Shown here: positions 16,038-20,000 of the stretch, piece after piece
Layout of the letters: the number at the start of each line of letters is the position of its first letter
Position numbering within the stretch: position 1 is the stretch's first letter
Origin: an uncultured virus (IMG/VR IMGVR_UViG_3300027728_000010)
Taxonomy: Duplodnaviria; Heunggongvirae; Uroviricota; Caudoviricetes
Virus record (IMG/VR): IMGVR_UViG_3300027728_000010
Strand: one strand, 5' to 3'
DNA: 20,000 bases
Position numbers and translations under genes: made by a program
The notes under the pieces: model-generated
Databases searched by the model: none
Seen by the model: only the letters and a program-made list of their open reading frames with translations
Told to the model about the DNA's origin: nothing

Positions 16038-17899
16038 TGAAAAAAAAACTAATTAATGAAAATAGAGGAACAGAAGACATACTCAACTTAATTAAAGATG
16101 AGGGTATTTTTGTTGCTTCTGAATTTGTTGGGGGTATGGAAAACTTGAAAAAGATACTTAAAGACAACCCTCACTTTGTAGAGTTAATCAATTCACTAAA
16201 AGGTTCTTTAAACGCTATTTACCATTCAAGAAAACAATATATCGAATTTCCCATGAAGTTTGAAATAGTAAATGGTCAAACAAACGTATGGAACACAAGC
16301 TCATTTCCAATTATCAATTTGATTTATGATGATTCATATTTCAATGAAGATGAAAAAAAACAATTTGAAATGTTTCTTTATAACACAATTGCGGATTTAA
16401 ATATTGGTGACGTTGATATCAAACCAATTGTAAAAAAAATGTTTAAAGACAAAGAAAATTATGTTGCGACCGATTTTGTTAATGGAAAATATTGGACATA
16501 TTTAGACCACGAAATAGAATACGATGATAATGATATCAAAAATCTATATCTTAAATATAAACAAAACAACAAACTAAACGAGAGTAGACAATTAACTGAA
16601 AACAAAAAATTAGAAAACCCAATTGAATTTTTTTATACTAACTTTTTAAATAGAAAACCTATTGAATATAAAGGAATAATTCTACAACCAACTTATCATA
16701 GATTTGAAAATGTTCTTACTTGGAGTATCGAAAACCCTGAAGATTATTCTTATAATGGTGAGTTACTTAAAGAATTGATTATAGATGATTTCAGAGATTT
16801 TTGTTCTATGACTAATTTAGATTTTTATGGTTTATTTAAAAAAGTAAATATTATTTCAAATATGCCTGAAGGTAGATATTACTTGAATGAAAAAGATAAA
16901 AATTACGTTGAAAATATTTTAAAAAATAAAAAAACATTAGAGTTTAGTACTGATGAATATAAATATTTTTTGAATTTTGATTACGTAAAATATGTAATTA
17001 ATATTTACATGGATGTCATTGAAATTACAACTTACGGTAAAGTTAATGGATTCAAAGTTAATCTTGAAACGGGAGAAAAAACAAAAATAGAGCCAACATT
17101 TTTGGATGAAATGAGTGATGCCGAATATGATAGTTACAGAGAATGGCAATATGATTATTTTTATTCTGAAGTTATAAGTTATTTACAACAAACCCCAAGG
17201 TTCTTTGATAGTGGGATTGATATGTTTGACGTGCAAATGTCATTAATATATGACCAAAATTTAAACGAAACTAAAGTGATAAAAGAAAATAAAGAAGACC
17301 CAACTCAAAAGATAATATCATTTCTTAGACGAAGATATGAATTTAATGAAACAAATTTGGGAGATTGGGGAGAAGGCTCATTTATACTTAAACAAATATC
17401 TTTTGATGTTAATGGTCAAAGATATAGTATTAGTAATTTTCAAAACAAAAAAGAACAAATTAAAAATATAGTCGATATGTTAACAGAACATAATGTCATA
17501 GAACCAATTGACCCATATCGAAGAGAGCTTGACCCATATAGACAAAAAGTGATAAGAGCAATTAAAACATTTATAAATCAAGTAATACCTGACAAATCAA
17601 ATATCACTGAATCAAAAATAGTTGATGAAAAAGAAATTCAAAAAAACTTAAAAGTAATCGAGAAAATAATAAAAATGATTGATGTAGAAGGACTTTGTGA
17701 TATATGGGTTACATACAATCCTGTAGATGGTGATTACGAAATCAGAAGTAAAACAACGATTAGATATTTTGATATGGAAGATATGGTACAAGAACTTGGG
17801 TTTATAAAAAGTTCAATAAAATCTTTGGGATTAAGAACTTATATATTCTCACCATATTATGTTGAAAATTGTGATGATGAAATTGAGTATATGAATTAA
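16037..17899 (+). CDS. multi-domain hypothetical protein, probable polyprotein (about 620 aa)
   Basis: TGATG start; KLINE N-terminus; internal LNE/LTE, LNE/IKE and ITE linkers. Confidence 0.85.
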   Translation: MKKKLINENRGTEDILNLIKDEGIFVASEFVGGMENLKKILKDNPHFVELINSLKGSLNAIYHSRKQYIEFPMKFEIVNGQTNVWNTSSFPIINLIYDDSYFNEDEKKQFEMFLYNTIADLNIGDVDIKPIVKKMFKDKENYVATDFVNGKYWTYLDHEIEYDDNDIKNLYLKYKQNNKLNESRQLTENKKLENPIEFFYTNFLNRKPIEYKGIILQPTYHRFENVLTWSIENPEDYSYNGELLKELIIDDFRDFCSMTNLDFYGLFKKVNIISNMPEGRYYLNEKDKNYVENILKNKKTLEFSTDEYKYFLNFDYVKYVINIYMDVIEITTYGKVNGFKVNLETGEKTKIEPTFLDEMSDAEYDSYREWQYDYFYSEVISYLQQTPRFFDSGIDMFDVQMSLIYDQNLNETKVIKENKEDPTQKIISFLRRRYEFNETNLGDWGEGSFILKQISFDVNGQRYSISNFQNKKEQIKNIVDMLTEHNVIEPIDPYRRELDPYRQKVIRAIKTFINQVIPDKSNITESKIVDEKEIQKNLKVIEKIIKMIDVEGLCDIWVTYNPVDGDYEIRSKTTIRYFDMEDMVQELGFIKSSIKSLGLRTYIFSPYYVENCDDEIEYMN

Positions 17900-17911
17900 A
17901 CAATTTAAAAG

Positions 17912-17918
17912 TATTTAT
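17912..17918 (+). promoter_or_regulatory. putative late promoter TATTTAT
   Basis: Ends 5 nt before ATG 17924. Confidence 0.6.
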
Positions 17919-17923
17919 TATAT

Positions 17924-18382
17924 ATGAACCTACAAGAAAATATAAGTAGAATTAAACAATTGATGGTTGAAGACACCTCTAAACATGAAACGGAGGTAAA
18001 ACAGATTGTTACGGATATTGAAACTTTACTTAATATGTACGTAAAAGGTGATGACGGTAAGTACTATGACAAAAAAAAATACAAAGAACATCAAAAGGAC
18101 CCAAACATAGAATTAGAAGAAGTTAATTTGGAGCCCGTTATTGGTTTTTTCAAAAATAAAATAGAAAGTGTACTTTTTGATGCGATGCAAAAAAATGAAT
18201 TTAACAATAACTTTATCTTAATTGCTAATTACAACAAGTTTAGATTTATAATTGAGGATTTTTTCAAAAAAGATTATAATGAATTCACCATCCCAACTAT
18301 GAAAATTGATTACTTTACAAATAAGAAATGTAGTGAAATGGACCCTAAAAGCCCAAGTTGTGGAGGACCTTTACAAAATTAA
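17924..18382 (+). CDS. leader-bearing hypothetical protein (152 aa)
   Basis: MNLQENISRIKQLMVE leader. Confidence 0.85.
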   Translation: MNLQENISRIKQLMVEDTSKHETEVKQIVTDIETLLNMYVKGDDGKYYDKKKYKEHQKDPNIELEEVNLEPVIGFFKNKIESVLFDAMQKNEFNNNFILIANYNKFRFIIEDFFKKDYNEFTIPTMKIDYFTNKKCSEMDPKSPSCGGPLQN

Positions 18383-18429
18383 AAAATATGAACCTACAAG
18401 AAAACATATCAAGAATTAAACAAATGATG
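17924..18429 (+). repeat. dispersed leader-coding repeat atgaacctacaagaaaa...agaattaaacaa.tgatg at 17924 and 18388
   Basis: About 42-nt near-identical starts on otherwise dissimilar genes; related copy near 3930-3969. Confidence 0.8.
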
Positions 18430-19191
18430 GGGTTGATTTCTGAACAAGGACCAAATTTTGAACTACCAAAAGATGTTCCACCTTGGAATCCAGATTATGA
18501 AATACCATCAACATATGAGTTTCAAACATTAAGTTCAGATGAAATAAAAAAAACGGACTCAGAACAAAAAAAGAAAGAAGAGGAAGAAAGGGAAAATAAA
18601 AGAAAGAAAGAAGAGGAAGAAGAAAATAAAAGAAAGGAAGAAAAAATTAAAAAATTAATTAGTACGTTAGATAAAGATAAAATAGTTGGTAGTTCGTGGG
18701 GTGCATGTTCCAAGTATAAATCAAAAAAAGGGGACCCATATGTCCAAGACAATTTGGAGGTTAGTTTTGGTAATGATTTTAAAATAACGTGGAAAGGTAA
18801 ATATAGTGGACTCCCATTGGCAACACCAGGTTCAGAAGGAGATACTGTACACCAATTATTTAATGTGTTGATATGTGAATTAAATCCATACTTATTTAAT
18901 ACTGGAAAAAAACCAAATATAAACAACATTTCAGCCGTTGAAACAATCCAAAATAAACAAAAAACTGTTTTAATAAATGTGCCGTTAGAGGATGGTGATG
19001 GAAAAATATGGCAAATTGATAGAAGAGGAGGTTGGGGACATACAGGTGGTGAGAGTGTTATAAAATCAAAATCAGAAAAGTTAAAAAAGGCAGGCGTTGA
19101 TATAGAAGGTCCTGTCACGGTTATAAGTGATACGTTTGGTGGAAGCAAAATAACTGAATATTTTATAACATATGTAATATCTAAAAAATGA
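18388..19191 (+). CDS. leader-bearing hypothetical protein with K/E-rich coiled segment (start revised to 18388)
   Basis: MNLQENISRIKQMMGLISE leader, near-identical to that of 17924; KKEEEERENKRKKEEEEENKRKEE repeat. Confidence 0.85.
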   Translation: MNLQENISRIKQMMGLISEQGPNFELPKDVPPWNPDYEIPSTYEFQTLSSDEIKKTDSEQKKKEEEERENKRKKEEEEENKRKEEKIKKLISTLDKDKIVGSSWGACSKYKSKKGDPYVQDNLEVSFGNDFKITWKGKYSGLPLATPGSEGDTVHQLFNVLICELNPYLFNTGKKPNINNISAVETIQNKQKTVLINVPLEDGDGKIWQIDRRGGWGHTGGESVIKSKSEKLKKAGVDIEGPVTVISDTFGGSKITEYFITYVISKK

Positions 19192-19487
19192 GAAAATTAA
19201 TTTTACAAATTCTTAAAGAAACAACAAGAGAACAACAAGTATTTGATGATTTTATTTTGTCATTGCAAGATTATCTTAATGGTGTAGAGTTTACAGGTGT
19301 TAAAAGAATTATGCTTGATTACAACGAAGTTATGGATTCCATTGAATGTAATATATTTTTTAATAGAAAAATGGCAGTAGAAAAAGGATTGTCATTTAAT
19401 AAAATAAGACACAATGTTATATATGACTTGGGAAGTAAATTAGGTTATTTCCCTTATAAATTCCATTTATACGAACATTACGAATAG
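19188..19487 (+). CDS. leader-bearing hypothetical protein (99 aa)
   Basis: MRKLILQILKE leader; ATGA overlap. Confidence 0.8.
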   Translation: MRKLILQILKETTREQQVFDDFILSLQDYLNGVEFTGVKRIMLDYNEVMDSIECNIFFNRKMAVEKGLSFNKIRHNVIYDLGSKLGYFPYKFHLYEHYE

Positions 19488-19555
19488 ATTTATTATCTTA
19501 AAAGTTATCTATTTCTTGTTCTGAATTTACTTAATCCCAAATACGTTTAAGGTAA

Positions 19556-19563
19556 TATTTATA
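19556..19563 (+). promoter_or_regulatory. putative late promoter TATTTATA
   Basis: TATTTAT ends 6 nt before ATG 19569. Confidence 0.6.
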
Positions 19564-19568
19564 TTAAT

Positions 19569-20000
19569 ATGAACTTACGTCACACCATAAAAAATGTTTT
19601 AAAGGAAATTGAATTTCACGACACTACAAAATGTCAAGAGGAAATAAATGAGGTAGAACTAACAGAAAGATGTTGGAAAGGTTACACACAAAAAGGAATG
19701 AAGACCATGTTCGGTAAAAGATATCCTAATTGTGTAAAAATAAAAAAGAAAAAAACAATAAGGGAAACCATTAAAAACATTCTTATTCAAGAAGTTAACA
19801 AGAAATACTCAAAACCAACTGAGAAGGTGGATAAATTGGTTTATAGATGGTTGGACGACTACTTTGAAGGTTCACAAATTTACAAAGAAGAATATTGGAA
19901 ATATCACGGATTCCAATTCAAATTTTGTAAAAATGGTAGAGAAATTGCAGACCTACGGGTTGAACTTGATGACAAAAGTCCTGATTGGGGGCCAAGTGAT
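19569..20000 (+). CDS. partial leader-bearing protein with CWKGY...PNCV motif (runs off the window)
   Basis: Translated by hand: MNLRHTIKNVLKE...INEVELTERCWKGYTQKGMKTMFGKRYPNCVK...IRETIKNILIQE...; no stop before 20000. Confidence 0.85.
   Translation, partial: MNLRHTIKNVLKEIEFHDTTKCQEEINEVELTERCWKGYTQKGMKTMFGKRYPNCVKIKKKKTIRETIKNILIQEVNKKYSKPTEKVDKLVYRWLDDYFEGSQIYKEEYWKYHGFQFKFCKNGREIADLRVELDDKSPDWGPSD

Noticed and set aside
8252..18429. CRISPR array or integron attC interpretation of the dispersed repeats
   Set aside because: Repeats are in-frame gene starts spaced hundreds of bases apart, are not palindromic, and no cas or integrase gene is in the window
18565..18650. Purine-rich tandem-like repeat
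   Set aside because: Explained by the K/E-rich coding segment; no evidence for a separate DNA-level function
144..19148. Minus-strand and nested ORFs from the track (144-401, 976-1167, 3594-3902, 7431-7613, 8103-8360, 9658-10101, 11313-11498, 11761-11991, 12100-12800 set, 13248-13445, 14287-14481, 16937-17149, 18522-19148)
   Set aside because: They overlap better-supported + strand genes, and most have the F/S/I/L-rich composition expected of antisense shadows
19488..19555. Possible ncRNA or tRNA in intergenic gaps (also 1118-1253 and 12882-12948)
   Set aside because: No cloverleaf or stable GC-rich stems visible; a covariance-model search would be needed to exclude them fully
1..20000. Stop-codon reassignment as seen in some large Bacteroidota phages
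   Set aside because: Coding density is already high in the standard code, and TAG (1457, 2481, 5963, 19487) and TGA end genes at sensible boundaries

Overview
AT-rich, gene-dense, almost entirely + strand segment that reads as part of a large (jumbo-type) tailed phage genome, probably infecting Bacteroidota. Evidence: TTTG-N18-20-TAnnTTTG host-type promoters, no Shine-Dalgarno motifs, and short overlapping ORFs in the standard genetic code. No core structural or replication genes are present. The main pattern is about 13 otherwise unrelated proteins with short interchangeable N-terminal leaders (MKIIITESQY, MNLQENISRIKQLM, xxIKxILKE) built around [ILV]-x-E motifs. They sit in gene runs preceded by a recurrent TATTTAT element 4-9 nt upstream of the ATG, and several also carry internal [IL]-x-E linkers between domains. 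I infer a late-expressed, prohead-protease-processed capsid cargo system. Its payloads would include a PG-binding/SleB-type cell wall hydrolase, two PD-(D/E)xK-like nucleases, a flavodoxin-fold reductase and a CWxGY...PNCV motif protein. Interspersed host-promoter modules encode a DUF932-like protein, a DUF6011-like Zn-finger protein, an unannotated ArfA-like basic peptide and a GT2 + LpxH-like pair. A DUF6915 + 2x DUF6878 cluster is also present. Family names were recognised by eye from motifs, not from database searches.
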